Assembly: GCA_964411375.1 (NCBI GenBank)
Contig: CAYPKR010000001.1
Span: 104,227-168,226, forward strand
DNA from: an uncultured Candidatus Saccharibacteria bacterium
GTDB lineage: Bacteria > Patescibacteriota > Minisyncoccia > Phycocordibacterales > UBA12088
Reading direction: 5' to 3'
DNA length: 64,000 bases
Shown here piece after piece: positions 10,370 through 19,338 of this stretch. The notes below the pieces were generated by a model. It saw only the letters and a list, made by a program, of their open reading frames with translations, did no database searches and was not told the DNA's origin. The position numbers were made by a program, and so were the translations under genes. The first letter of the stretch is position 1; every line of letters begins with the position of its first letter.

Positions 10370-12271
10370 TTACTGTGGAGTGAGCGTATTTCCCGGAACA
10401 GGAGGCGTCGCTATAGTTTCAGCAGGCGGTTCAGGAAGTGATTCTTCTGCACTACCTGCCGCTTCATCAGCAAGTTCTTGTTTCGCTTTTCTGATTGAGA
10501 GGAGCTGCGATGGGTCCGAGGTAATGATCTGATCTTCGGTGTATGAAGCGATAATCTTGATTGCCACATGCTTCACTCCAGCAAAGAATATCCCCTCCCC
10601 CACTTGAGACTCTAGAAGTAGGTATTTTTCCTCATCAGTTAGGTTAAATGTTTTTTGGAGTGTATCAATCGATGTCGGCGACTGCTTAAGCAGCATTTGG
10701 ATCGATGAGTTCGTGATCATCGGACCTCCATAGGGTGATTTCAAAAAGTCATCCACGTCTTGGGTGATTGTAGCGAGTCCGAGATAGTATTTACGTCCGC
10801 GCTTCGCAATTCCATAGAGGAATGACGCAGTATCTTCTGATTTCATCATCCACCACGCCTCGTCAACGACAAGGAGACGCTTCTTGAGCTGTTTTCGGAC
10901 TGTTGTCCAAATGAAATTGGTGATGATGTACATTGCGACCGGCTTCAGCTCGTCTTCCATGTCGCGAACCGAGAACACAACGAATTTTTTGTTGATGTCG
11001 ATGTTGGTCGGCTTGTTGATGAAGTTTGACCACGAACCGCGGGTGTATTTAGAAAGACGCTGCACAATTGATTCGCTTCCCTCCATGCCGGCGAGCACGA
11101 GCTCAAAGTCGGAGAGTAGTGGTGGTGTTACCGCAGTAAAGTCAGAATTCGGTGTGATGTCCTTCAAAGCATAGGTTTCAGTGATTGCACGATCAACCAC
11201 CGCATCTTCTTCAGGGGTGAGTCCGCCAAGCATAATACGAAAGAGTCCAACCAAGCTGATGATGTTGGATCGGAGAATGTTTGCAGGCGTTTCATCGTCG
11301 CGCGGTGGTGGAAGGTCGAATGGGTTGATGTGGAAACCGGAAGAAAGCGAAATATTAAAATATCGTCCGCCAGTCGCTTCTGCCATGTACTCATATTCGC
11401 GTTCTGGGTCGATGACGATAACGTCGGTGTCAAACATAAGTGAGCGCAAAATTTCAAGCTTCACCGCGTACGATTTGCCGGAACCAGATTTTGCAAAGAC
11501 TACCGAGTTGTAGTTTTCCATCGAGAAGCGGTCAAAGAGGACCAAGCTCGAGTTGTGGCGGTTGATGCCGTAAAGAATCCCCTTGTCTGCAGTAAGGTCG
11601 AACGAAACAAACGGGAAAAAGCTTGAGAGTGGGCCGGAATTGAGTTTTGAGTGCACAAGAAGTTCATCAGATGCGATTGGAATAACGCTTCGATATCCTT
11701 GTTCCTGTTGAAAAAGTGCTGGTTTCAAATAAATAAGCTGTGCTTCGAGAAGCGACTTGATCTCGTTTTCCGTTTTATCAAGTTCGTCACGCGTGTCTGC
11801 GTAAATTGAAATATAGAGTCCAACATCAAAGAGACGCTCTTGGGCTTGTTGCAGTCGATCGCGAAGTTCTTCAAGGTTTTGATAGGCAGTATCGAGCATC
11901 GGGTCGCGGACAAGTCCGCGCTCTTCGCGCACTTGGATCTGACTTTCAACTTCCGCCACTTTCTTCTGGAATTTTTTGAGAACGACACCGGTGTCGATTG
12001 GGTGCACGAATATCGAGATATCAAACACTTTGTCGAGGTTGATGATTGGATAGAACCAGTTATTCGACAAGAATCGCGGATACGAGATGACGAAAAACGA
12101 ACGCATCACCTTCTCGCCGAGATTCAATTCTCTTGGCGTTACTTGGAGTGCGGAAGGCGCAATGACATCTTTAAGTTCCAAGACACCGGTCTCGTAGATT
12201 TCTTGCGGCAACACTGGTTCAAGTGATACCGGACCGCCGCTTTTATTTTTTATGAAATCAAATAAGCCCAT
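10370..12271 (-). CDS. virB4: VirB4/TrbE/CagE-family type IV secretion ATPase
   Basis: N-terminal VirB4-type segment (DVIAPSALQVTPRELNLGEKVMRSFFVISYPRFL). Walker A (FAKSGSGKSY). Walker B (RLLVVDEAWWMM). 633 aa with a Pro-rich C-terminal tail. Confidence 0.85.
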   Translation of the reverse strand: MGLFDFIKNKSGGPVSLEPVLPQEIYETGVLELKDVIAPSALQVTPRELNLGEKVMRSFFVISYPRFLSNNWFYPIINLDKVFDISIFVHPIDTGVVLKKFQKKVAEVESQIQVREERGLVRDPMLDTAYQNLEELRDRLQQAQERLFDVGLYISIYADTRDELDKTENEIKSLLEAQLIYLKPALFQQEQGYRSVIPIASDELLVHSKLNSGPLSSFFPFVSFDLTADKGILYGINRHNSSLVLFDRFSMENYNSVVFAKSGSGKSYAVKLEILRSLMFDTDVIVIDPEREYEYMAEATGGRYFNISLSSGFHINPFDLPPPRDDETPANILRSNIISLVGLFRIMLGGLTPEEDAVVDRAITETYALKDITPNSDFTAVTPPLLSDFELVLAGMEGSESIVQRLSKYTRGSWSNFINKPTNIDINKKFVVFSVRDMEDELKPVAMYIITNFIWTTVRKQLKKRLLVVDEAWWMMKSEDTASFLYGIAKRGRKYYLGLATITQDVDDFLKSPYGGPMITNSSIQMLLKQSPTSIDTLQKTFNLTDEEKYLLLESQVGEGIFFAGVKHVAIKIIASYTEDQIITSDPSQLLSIRKAKQELADEAAGSAEESLPEPPAETIATPPVPGNTLTPQ

Positions 12272-12286
12272 AGAAGATAGTATGCA

Positions 12287-12955
12287 TTACTGGCGTTGAT
12301 TTTGGAGCGGGATTGGTCGTTCAAGCTCTCCAATGTTAAAGATTTTGTAGAACAATTCAATCACTTCTTCGGTTGAAAGTTGTGCAACGCGAACACCGGT
12401 GCGTGACATTCCCTGCTCGACGATCGCCATCCTTTGTTCAAGCTGTGAACGATTCTCTTCAAACGATTCATTTTTTTCTTCCGCTGTTTTCTTCGGCGCA
12501 CGTCCAAACGCACTTCCGACACTTCCAAGTACTCCGGCCTTTGGATCAACGATTGCTGGCGAGTATGGCACCACTACGAAGAAACTTTTCGTCATAATGT
12601 TCGTTCCCTCGGTCAAACTTTTGACGAAATCAATGTACTCTTTCACCTGAATTTTCATGAGGTCATTGCTTTGCTCAGGAAGTCTTGCTTCAAGAAGTGC
12701 AACGTACGGTCGAATATCGAGTTCGCGCGACTGGATAAATATCTGCACCGAAAAATCGAGTGAATTGAGGAAACTTTGAAATTGCAAAAGGATTGCTTCC
12801 TGTTCCGGTTCGCTTTTAAGAGCGATGTTTAGGGAAGATGCCATAAATATTCCTCGCAGAGACTTGTCTTTTAAAATCACAATACCGTCTCGTACTTCTT
12901 CGATCGGAACGAAGTCTTGCGTGGGGCTTATATTTGAATTTGAAAAAAGAGCCAT
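12287..12955 (-). CDS. Hypothetical soluble protein between VirB3-like and VirB4 genes
   Basis: 222 aa with no TM. 15-nt gap to virB4 and 2-nt gap to the upstream VirB3-like gene. Likely co-translated operon member. Confidence 0.5.
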   Translation of the reverse strand: MALFSNSNISPTQDFVPIEEVRDGIVILKDKSLRGIFMASSLNIALKSEPEQEAILLQFQSFLNSLDFSVQIFIQSRELDIRPYVALLEARLPEQSNDLMKIQVKEYIDFVKSLTEGTNIMTKSFFVVVPYSPAIVDPKAGVLGSVGSAFGRAPKKTAEEKNESFEENRSQLEQRMAIVEQGMSRTGVRVAQLSTEEVIELFYKIFNIGELERPIPLQNQRQ

Positions 12956-12957
12956 AC

Positions 12958-13401
12958 TTATTTGTCCTCGTTAGTATTTTGATTATCACCGCCCATCTTC
13001 TCTCGGATGTCCAAGCTCCACGCAAGGTCTTTGAGACGGCTCTCTCCAACTTTCGGTACGACCAGCGTGTTCTGGGTTCGCGCTTCTACCCCGACATTCT
13101 CTACCTTTTTCGGCGCTTCCTTTTTCCACAAATAGAGTCGATTTTTCAACACATAATAATAGAATGCCGACTCAAGGACGCGGATAAACGGCTGATCGTT
13201 CATTCGAAAGAATGCGAGGAGGACGCCGAGAATGATGAATGGAATTCCGAGCGCGATTGCGATGATCGTTGGAAAAAATGTCTTGAAGACAAATATGGAT
13301 GCGACGCCACCAGCCAAATAGAGAAATTGCTTAAAGGTGAACGGACCGAAAATTTTATCTTCAACCTCGATGAATTGAGGAACTTTAAATACCATATTCA
13401 T
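12958..13401 (-). CDS. VirB3-like small bitopic/two-TM membrane protein
   Basis: 147 aa. Hydrophobic hairpin (FLYLAGGVASIFVFKTFFPTIIAIALGIPFIILGVLLAFF) directly upstream of VirB4, as for VirB3/PrgI/ConD. Confidence 0.5.
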   Translation of the reverse strand: MNMVFKVPQFIEVEDKIFGPFTFKQFLYLAGGVASIFVFKTFFPTIIAIALGIPFIILGVLLAFFRMNDQPFIRVLESAFYYYVLKNRLYLWKKEAPKKVENVGVEARTQNTLVVPKVGESRLKDLAWSLDIREKMGGDNQNTNEDK

Positions 13402-13499
13402 CTACAGTATAGCGCGCCAGCAGACTGATACATAGACTGAACGACATGCAATTATGAAGAACGCATCGAAACTCTTTCGACTCAATGCAACAAAACTAT

Positions 13500-14309
13500 C
13501 TACACTGTTTCTCGGTACGGATCAGCCGATGGTTTAGGAGTAGTTGGCGGCGCGCTTGCGTCTGGAGTTGCTGGTTTTGGTGCGGTTGATGGAGAAATCG
13601 GCAACTTTGATTCTGTTTTTTTCTCCTCCCCAACTTGAATCCCAAACGATTTGAAGCTGATTGATGATGCGCTTAAAGGAGCTGCTATCTCTTTTTGCGA
13701 TTCTACTTTCGGTAGAGTCACCGGCGTGTCTGTTGTAGGCGCTGGAGTCGGTACTTTTGGTGCGGCGGTTACTGGAGCAGCAGTTGTCGAAACACCTCGT
13801 AACTTATCGGCAACGATATTTTTTGGTACTGCAGGGAGTGGAACTACAGCCGCTTGTGGAAGCGCGTCATCTACCGGTTCACGGTAGCGATCATTACTGA
13901 CCGGAAGGTTTGGTGCCGGAGGAGCGGTTGGGCGTAGTGCATCTCCTGGTGTCACCGGTGGAAGCGTTGATCCGAATTCTTGTGCTTGTTTGTTGATGAA
14001 GGACTCAAGTTTTTCTCGGATTGGATGAAAAATCTGATCATTTACATCCCGTGCCAACGCGCGCGAATCCTCTGGAGAAATAGCAAGCTCCCTTCTTGCG
14101 TTATTCACGAACTCATCGGGGCTCTCCATTCCCATAAGGACAAGCACGACTTCATTTTCAAGCACACTCGCTTTGTCGATATGGAGACGATATTTCTGCA
14201 TGATCGCAGCAAGCTTTACGCGAAGATCACTTGCCATGATCGCCTGCTGAAGTTCGGGCGGTAGCTTGTTGTACTGCTCTTTGAATATTTTTTGTACGTT
14301 TTCTTCCAT
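13500..14309 (-). CDS. Hypothetical protein with structured N-domain and Pro/Thr/Ala-rich low-complexity C-terminus
   Basis: 269 aa in the correct frame and strand within the operon. The overlapping 363-aa ORF at 14216..15307 is out of frame with virB6-like and is judged spurious. Confidence 0.5.
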   Translation of the reverse strand: MEENVQKIFKEQYNKLPPELQQAIMASDLRVKLAAIMQKYRLHIDKASVLENEVVLVLMGMESPDEFVNNARRELAISPEDSRALARDVNDQIFHPIREKLESFINKQAQEFGSTLPPVTPGDALRPTAPPAPNLPVSNDRYREPVDDALPQAAVVPLPAVPKNIVADKLRGVSTTAAPVTAAPKVPTPAPTTDTPVTLPKVESQKEIAAPLSASSISFKSFGIQVGEEKKTESKLPISPSTAPKPATPDASAPPTTPKPSADPYRETV

Positions 14310-14321
14310 ATCAGTTCAGTA

Positions 14322-16457
14322 TTATGGCGTAGCTGCTCCACCACCAGGTGCTGCTCCCCCTCCTGCCGGAGCCGCACCGCCGCCTGCGGGTGCACCACCT
14401 GCAGGAGCTGCCCCCCCGCCAGTATCTGTTGCAGTTTCTGTAAGGAAATCCTCAAGAATTTTCTGCTTCTTATCCTTACCTTGCGTACGTGCGTAATCTC
14501 TCGCTGCCTTATATGTCGGTCGAGACCAACCAAGAACATTCCATGCCTTATTAATACCTTCCTTTGGTCCAGGAGCTGCGCCGTCACTATACGATTTGGA
14601 CAAAGCACCTGCGCGCTCTCTACCTCGATTTCCCGCAATCTCGCTAGCAATTTGATGCTTGTCCATCTTCTCAACATTGGTGACAAGCTGCCTTTGTTTC
14701 TTGATTTCTCCCTGCAATCGGTCAATCTTGCGTGCCTCAACTGCTCTCTGTTCAGGGGTAAGAGTAGCATCAGTAGATGCAGTAGTTGCTGTTCCGAGCG
14801 CAGTATTAAGGTCAGTAAGTTTATTGCGTTGGACATTTTTAAATGCCTCCTGACTTTCATCCGTAAAGTCTTTAGCGGTAACCGTGTTCTTACCAACCAA
14901 GCTAATTTGATCCTTGTAGTATTTCTCGTTTTCGTCGCGAAGCTTACTATACGTACTCTTGCTTCCCTTGCCGAGAGGTACTCCAAGTTTTCCTGAGTAT
15001 TTACCAACTGTTGCTGTATTTCGTGCGTCAAACGTACTCTTCGAAGTTCTTTCAGAGCCAGTAATAATCTTTCGAGCCATCCATCCCTTTGCAGTTGCTT
15101 GTGATCCTGCCTGTCGCAGTGATTCAGATTCGGCAAGATTGAGTGCAGCGCGACCAATCGACTGTCGACCGACAAATGCAACGCCACCTGTTGCGGCGCC
15201 AAGCGCAAATCCTGCAAGCGTATTTCCCCAGCCGGTAGCAAATTTGCCGAAGTCCCCTGCATATTTTTTGGTAATTCTAATTGCAACAATAAGCAATGCA
15301 ATCGCAAGAATGTATTGGAACAAAAATTGATTGGTCGAGTTTCTTGATGATACGAATATCTGAGTGCTCGATAGCACTTTTATGACCACGAACAACAAGA
15401 ACAAAAATAGTGGCGCAACAAGCGATTGATGGATCAACAAATCTTTCCAATCGCTAAAATATTTTTTAGTTCCCGGAAGAATCGAAGCGACGAATGCGGC
15501 AGGCGAAACTACAATTAAATATATAAACGCAACAATGCGTACAAAAATAACAAGGGCTGCTTGGAAGAATATCCAAGCAGCAACAAAACCAAAGAGTGCC
15601 TGAACCGTTAAAATGAGAAGTGGGCGATATTTTCCCTTCCCATCCGAAAGCGTTTGTGAAATATCCACTTTCTGGAAATGGTTATCGAGTCCCATTAGGC
15701 TTCGTATAGCACCTCCGAGATCGGCATCTCCATTGGCGTCAGGAGGCGCAATAGAAGAATAAATTGCGTAGGCAAAGATATTTGATATGTCGATGACAAA
15801 GCGAGTGATAAAGAAGCTGAAATTGACGAGAAGCGCGATAACGATAACCTTTGCGAGGAGCTGTCTTCCGCCGCCGCCAAGATCAAGCATCGTAGCAACG
15901 CCTATATATATGAGAATGAAAATAAAGGAGAGGTTTGCAAAATCTCGAAGGACCGTCCAGCCGACAACCAATCCACTATAAAAATTATCGATAATATTTG
16001 TGAATACCGATATTTTCAGTGTGTAATCGAGTAACGTTGCTGTCCATTCAACAAGTACACCCGCAAGCCACCATAAGGCAGTCACGGCCCCCTCTAAAAT
16101 ACAGTAACCCGGATCCTTCAAGAATCCACTTGGCCAGCCTCCGGTACCTACTTCCGTGCACTTGACTGGATCGTCATCTCCAAGTTCGAGTACAGCCTGT
16201 CCAATTGAAGGAGGTGCCTGACCGGTTTCCTGACATCTCACTCCTATCCCTGGAAGATATGTTCTTGTACAGGTAGGCTGGGTTTGTAAGGCTCCAATTT
16301 GAGCGCTCGCTGTCGGCATAAATACCGAAAACATTGGCGCGATAACCGCAATAAGTATGAACGCCGCAACCACTCGCTTATGAATAACCAAGCGAGTGGT
16401 TCCTCGAATCCCCTTTCGGAGAAGAGCTATTCCTTTATAGTAGGCGTTCTTGAACAT
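14322..16457 (-). CDS. VirB6/TrbL-like polytopic membrane protein with long hydrophilic C-terminal extension
   Basis: Signal/TM at the N-terminus, then about 6-7 TM helices, a ~300 aa hydrophilic tail and a GGAAPAGG repeat end. The start is probably the internal Met (MFKNAYYKG) at 16457, which avoids overlap with the upstream gene. Confidence 0.55.
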   Translation of the reverse strand: MFKNAYYKGIALLRKGIRGTTRLVIHKRVVAAFILIAVIAPMFSVFMPTASAQIGALQTQPTCTRTYLPGIGVRCQETGQAPPSIGQAVLELGDDDPVKCTEVGTGGWPSGFLKDPGYCILEGAVTALWWLAGVLVEWTATLLDYTLKISVFTNIIDNFYSGLVVGWTVLRDFANLSFIFILIYIGVATMLDLGGGGRQLLAKVIVIALLVNFSFFITRFVIDISNIFAYAIYSSIAPPDANGDADLGGAIRSLMGLDNHFQKVDISQTLSDGKGKYRPLLILTVQALFGFVAAWIFFQAALVIFVRIVAFIYLIVVSPAAFVASILPGTKKYFSDWKDLLIHQSLVAPLFLFLLFVVIKVLSSTQIFVSSRNSTNQFLFQYILAIALLIVAIRITKKYAGDFGKFATGWGNTLAGFALGAATGGVAFVGRQSIGRAALNLAESESLRQAGSQATAKGWMARKIITGSERTSKSTFDARNTATVGKYSGKLGVPLGKGSKSTYSKLRDENEKYYKDQISLVGKNTVTAKDFTDESQEAFKNVQRNKLTDLNTALGTATTASTDATLTPEQRAVEARKIDRLQGEIKKQRQLVTNVEKMDKHQIASEIAGNRGRERAGALSKSYSDGAAPGPKEGINKAWNVLGWSRPTYKAARDYARTQGKDKKQKILEDFLTETATDTGGGAAPAGGAPAGGGAAPAGGGAAPGGGAATP
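14330..14420. repeat. Tandem ~15-nt GC-rich repeats encoding (A/G/P) low-complexity C-terminus of the VirB6-like protein
   Basis: The peptide GGAAPAGGAPAGGGAAPAGGGAAPGGGAA and the nucleotide tandem repeats (gctgcccc..gccggagc..) were read directly. Confidence 0.7.
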
Positions 16458-16458
16458 G

Positions 16459-17808
16459 TTATGGACCTGTTGGTGGAGTGGTGTCAGGCGGTGGAGGCAC
16501 ATCGGTCTGCACTGGCGGTGAGAATACGTAACTGATACCTGCTGGGGGATGGAGATACTGTTGTTGAATCGCGAGCAATTGTTCGAGGCTTGTCGCCGCT
16601 TGTACTTGGAGGAGCAGATTTCGTAGGAAATCGATTGATCGCTGAATTTGTGCAGAGACTGCAGGGTCGGTTGAAGTGTTTAGCGCGGCAATGAGGCTGT
16701 TCAAACTTGCTTGAATTTCACTGATGAGCTCTTGGCGAAGCACCGTTTCTGCATTTCCGCCAGTCTGCCCTGTCATTCTGGTGATGTACGAGTTGTCTCC
16801 TCCCTCGGTAGTTCCAAAGAGTCCGCCAACATCGGTCAAGATTATCTGCATGAGTTGTGCCATGAGCGCATCGACGATTTCATCGATGGAATCCGCAATC
16901 TCAAGTTGATAGAATCCAGTACCCGTCACCTTGTCGACAGCGTTTTGCGCCAATTGTCCGGGAGTCAGTGTCTCGTATTCCATACATACTGGCGTACCGT
17001 CCGCATTAGTCAGTGTGGTGCTTTCCTTCACACACTGCTGAACACCGAGGAATCCTCCGTTTACTGATAGGTTGAAACCCCAGTTTTGAATGCTGTTGCC
17101 GATGCGGACGCCCATCGTAGTTTGCGCATTGTAAAATGCAGTAACCGGATTATTTTCTGGGTGGGTGCTAACCGCAAGCCATTGATCCCAGTTTTGTACT
17201 CCCGAGAGACCGGCATAAAAGTTGTCGATATTTGCCATCACTCGAGTCAGCGTACACGCATTTTGATTACGTCTCTGTGCGAAGTAGGCGGTATTCAGCG
17301 CGATCTGAATTTGCAGTTGGAATGGCCGACAGACAAATCCAAGTCCAATCTCTCCAATGAAGTCGCCGGCAGCGCGATCTGCCATGTCGGTGAAAAATGC
17401 TTCCGGATTTTGTACGAAATCGGGTGAACCTTCGAATCCAGAATTGATCCACCGCACAATGCTTGCCGTAATTTCTGCAATGAGTGCGCGTTTCAAAACT
17501 TTGACGAGCGCATCGAGCACGCACTTGATGAATACTTCCGAGTTTGTCGCAATGGCAGTCGAGCTGATGCCTGGATGATCGATTGGAACTGAGGTGAGTG
17601 CTTGCCAAATTTCTGCGCCGATCGCGATGACGCCGCCGATCACAGGGCCGAGACATCCAGCCATTCCCACGGTGCCACCCTGCGCATATGCTTGCCTTGC
17701 AAAGAGTGCAGGGGTTGCGACAAATGAAAGTACCAGAACAATCGCGACTATTTTTTTACCGAAGTACGATCGCATATTAGATGTGGTAGGTTGCAAAATA
17801 CAACGCAA
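16459..17808 (-). CDS. Secreted T4SS-associated protein
   Basis: Signal peptide (..ALFARQAYAQG). 449 aa with a C-terminal Pro-rich tail. Sits in the operon between the TSP3-repeat protein and VirB6-like. Confidence 0.5.
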   Translation of the reverse strand: MRCILQPTTSNMRSYFGKKIVAIVLVLSFVATPALFARQAYAQGGTVGMAGCLGPVIGGVIAIGAEIWQALTSVPIDHPGISSTAIATNSEVFIKCVLDALVKVLKRALIAEITASIVRWINSGFEGSPDFVQNPEAFFTDMADRAAGDFIGEIGLGFVCRPFQLQIQIALNTAYFAQRRNQNACTLTRVMANIDNFYAGLSGVQNWDQWLAVSTHPENNPVTAFYNAQTTMGVRIGNSIQNWGFNLSVNGGFLGVQQCVKESTTLTNADGTPVCMEYETLTPGQLAQNAVDKVTGTGFYQLEIADSIDEIVDALMAQLMQIILTDVGGLFGTTEGGDNSYITRMTGQTGGNAETVLRQELISEIQASLNSLIAALNTSTDPAVSAQIQRSIDFLRNLLLQVQAATSLEQLLAIQQQYLHPPAGISYVFSPPVQTDVPPPPDTTPPTGP

Positions 17809-18748
17809 GATTTTGAGAAGCAGAAACTGAACCTCGCTCGAGTGCTTGATAATTCTGGATGGTTACTGCTGCTAAGACCGGATCGACTTCGAGTGTGCGT
17901 ACGGAATCAAGTGAAGAAACATACGCAGAAAATGCATTCAAAAATGAAAGGTGCACAGAAACTGCGCTTGGTGGAACTGGCACATGTGCAAGATCATCAA
18001 CAATATTTTTGTAGAGCGTCACGATATCGTCCGCAGCTTTGCGCGCATTTTTATCTTTCGGATTTTCAATTGAAAGCCCAATAGTATAGAGCTCATTCCC
18101 TTGCACATCTTTTGCAGGTGCAAATATCGAGAGTATTTGCGCTTTGTACGTGCTTCTCGTCGAAGTACTTTCGGAAACAAGAGTGAGATCAGACACCGTG
18201 TACTTTTTTGCAAGCGCACGCTTGACCGAAGAATCAACGAGTGTGTTCACCAACGCTTGTTCGTGCGCTTTATCGAGGGTTCCTGATTGTTTTTGCGCCA
18301 TGACCGTATTAAAAAGATCGCGCGCAACTTGATCGGTAAGGGTACCTTGCGCGTTTGCGCTCGAAGAAGTCACGAGTGTGCTCGTTGCCGCCTTGCTGAC
18401 GATATCATTTGGTCCAGGAATAAGTGGATTTCTTCCCGCTTTTACTTCATCACCATCTGAAGTTCCATCACCGTCAGTATCGGATTTGTTGGTATTGGTT
18501 GATAGTAATGTTTCTTCCCAATCGAGGAGCCCATCACCATCGGTATCTGCTTTCGAAATCGCCGCAGTTTCAGCAAGAATCGGATCAGTTTTAGAAATCG
18601 TTTGTGCTTTTTTGGACCAAAAGAAAAAAGCAAGAATGCCCGCAACAATAAGCAGCGTGATTCCTACAAAAATAAACGTTATCGGCAGTCTGCCGCGCAT
18701 TTGTCTTTTAGTATAGCAGCAGAGTCTATGTCCTTTAGCGTGGAACAA
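17777..18748 (-). CDS. Membrane-anchored protein with thrombospondin-type-3-like Ca-binding repeats (DTDGDGLLDWEE, DTDGDGTSDGDE)
   Basis: N-terminal TM (ITFIFVGITLLIVAGILAFFFW) and DxDxDG repeat motifs. First gene of the minus-strand operon. Confidence 0.5.
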   Translation of the reverse strand: MFHAKGHRLCCYTKRQMRGRLPITFIFVGITLLIVAGILAFFFWSKKAQTISKTDPILAETAAISKADTDGDGLLDWEETLLSTNTNKSDTDGDGTSDGDEVKAGRNPLIPGPNDIVSKAATSTLVTSSSANAQGTLTDQVARDLFNTVMAQKQSGTLDKAHEQALVNTLVDSSVKRALAKKYTVSDLTLVSESTSTRSTYKAQILSIFAPAKDVQGNELYTIGLSIENPKDKNARKAADDIVTLYKNIVDDLAHVPVPPSAVSVHLSFLNAFSAYVSSLDSVRTLEVDPVLAAVTIQNYQALERGSVSASQNLALYFATYHI

Positions 18749-18800
18749 CTATATGAGTGTGGATACTGAATTGTGAATGAATATTTTTTGGATCACTTTA

Positions 18801-18842
18801 ATTTTGAAAAGAGAAAAGCCGACGCGCTTGCGCACGTCGGCT
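18801..18842 (-). terminator. Rho-independent terminator downstream of the high-GC lipoprotein gene
   Basis: Hairpin agccgacg-cgcttgcgca-cgtcggct. A T-run follows on the minus strand (revcomp of aattttgaaaagagaaa). Confidence 0.5.
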
Positions 18843-18877
18843 CTCGTTGCCTCCTTTCATTTAGGAGCGAGGATCTC

Positions 18878-19189
18878 CTACGAGGTCGGGGTGAACACCT
18901 CCACCCCAAGCTTGTTGCAGGTCATTCGATGACCGCCAGTCGCCAACCACTCGAGGTTGTCTGCGTTCAGTTTGCACTGGTGCCTCTGCATGTCGTCCTG
19001 CATCTTGTTCTGGTCGAAGTCGGTTTGCTTGGGACCAAAGGGATTCCAGCCTGCAGCCTGGACACCGCTGGCACCGAGCTTTGCCGCTATCGCTGGAGCC
19101 ATGGCACCGCCCAGCTGAGCACATCCAGCAAGACTGGAAACCATCAGGAGCATTGCCGCCGCCAGCGGCAGAGTATTACGAGTCTTCAT
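18878..19189 (-). CDS. Small lipoprotein (lipobox LAGC) encoded in a compositionally foreign high-GC segment
   Basis: MKTRNTLPLAAAMLLMVSSLAGC.. with an RBS ggagag upstream. Codons are overwhelmingly G/C-ending. Local GC is about 58-60% against about 47% for the neighbours. Confidence 0.6.
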   Translation of the reverse strand: MKTRNTLPLAAAMLLMVSSLAGCAQLGGAMAPAIAAKLGASGVQAAGWNPFGPKQTDFDQNKMQDDMQRHQCKLNADNLEWLATGGHRMTCNKLGVEVFTPTS

Positions 19190-19338
19190 GGGATCTCTCC
19201 CGCTCGCGGGGCTTGGATTAGCCCAATCGCTGAAATAAGTAATGCCATACTTTTAAAAAAAATGCAAGTGGGGAATTTTCGAGCAGATGGTGGGGAAACC
19301 CGAAAATCCTGAAGGGATTTTCGGGTATACTCTTAAAT

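Noticed and set aside
12287-12955. Possibility that the 222-aa ORF is a split N-terminal fragment of VirB4
   Set aside because: The 633-aa ORF already begins with the canonical VirB4 N-terminal segment (IAPSALQVTPRELNLGEKVMRSFFVISYPRFL). The 222-aa protein is therefore a separate operon member.
14216-15307. 363-aa minus-strand ORF overlapping the VirB6-like gene and the 269-aa gene
   Set aside because: It is out of frame with the credible VirB6-like gene on the same strand. It has Arg/Leu-rich, low-information composition typical of alternative-frame artefacts.
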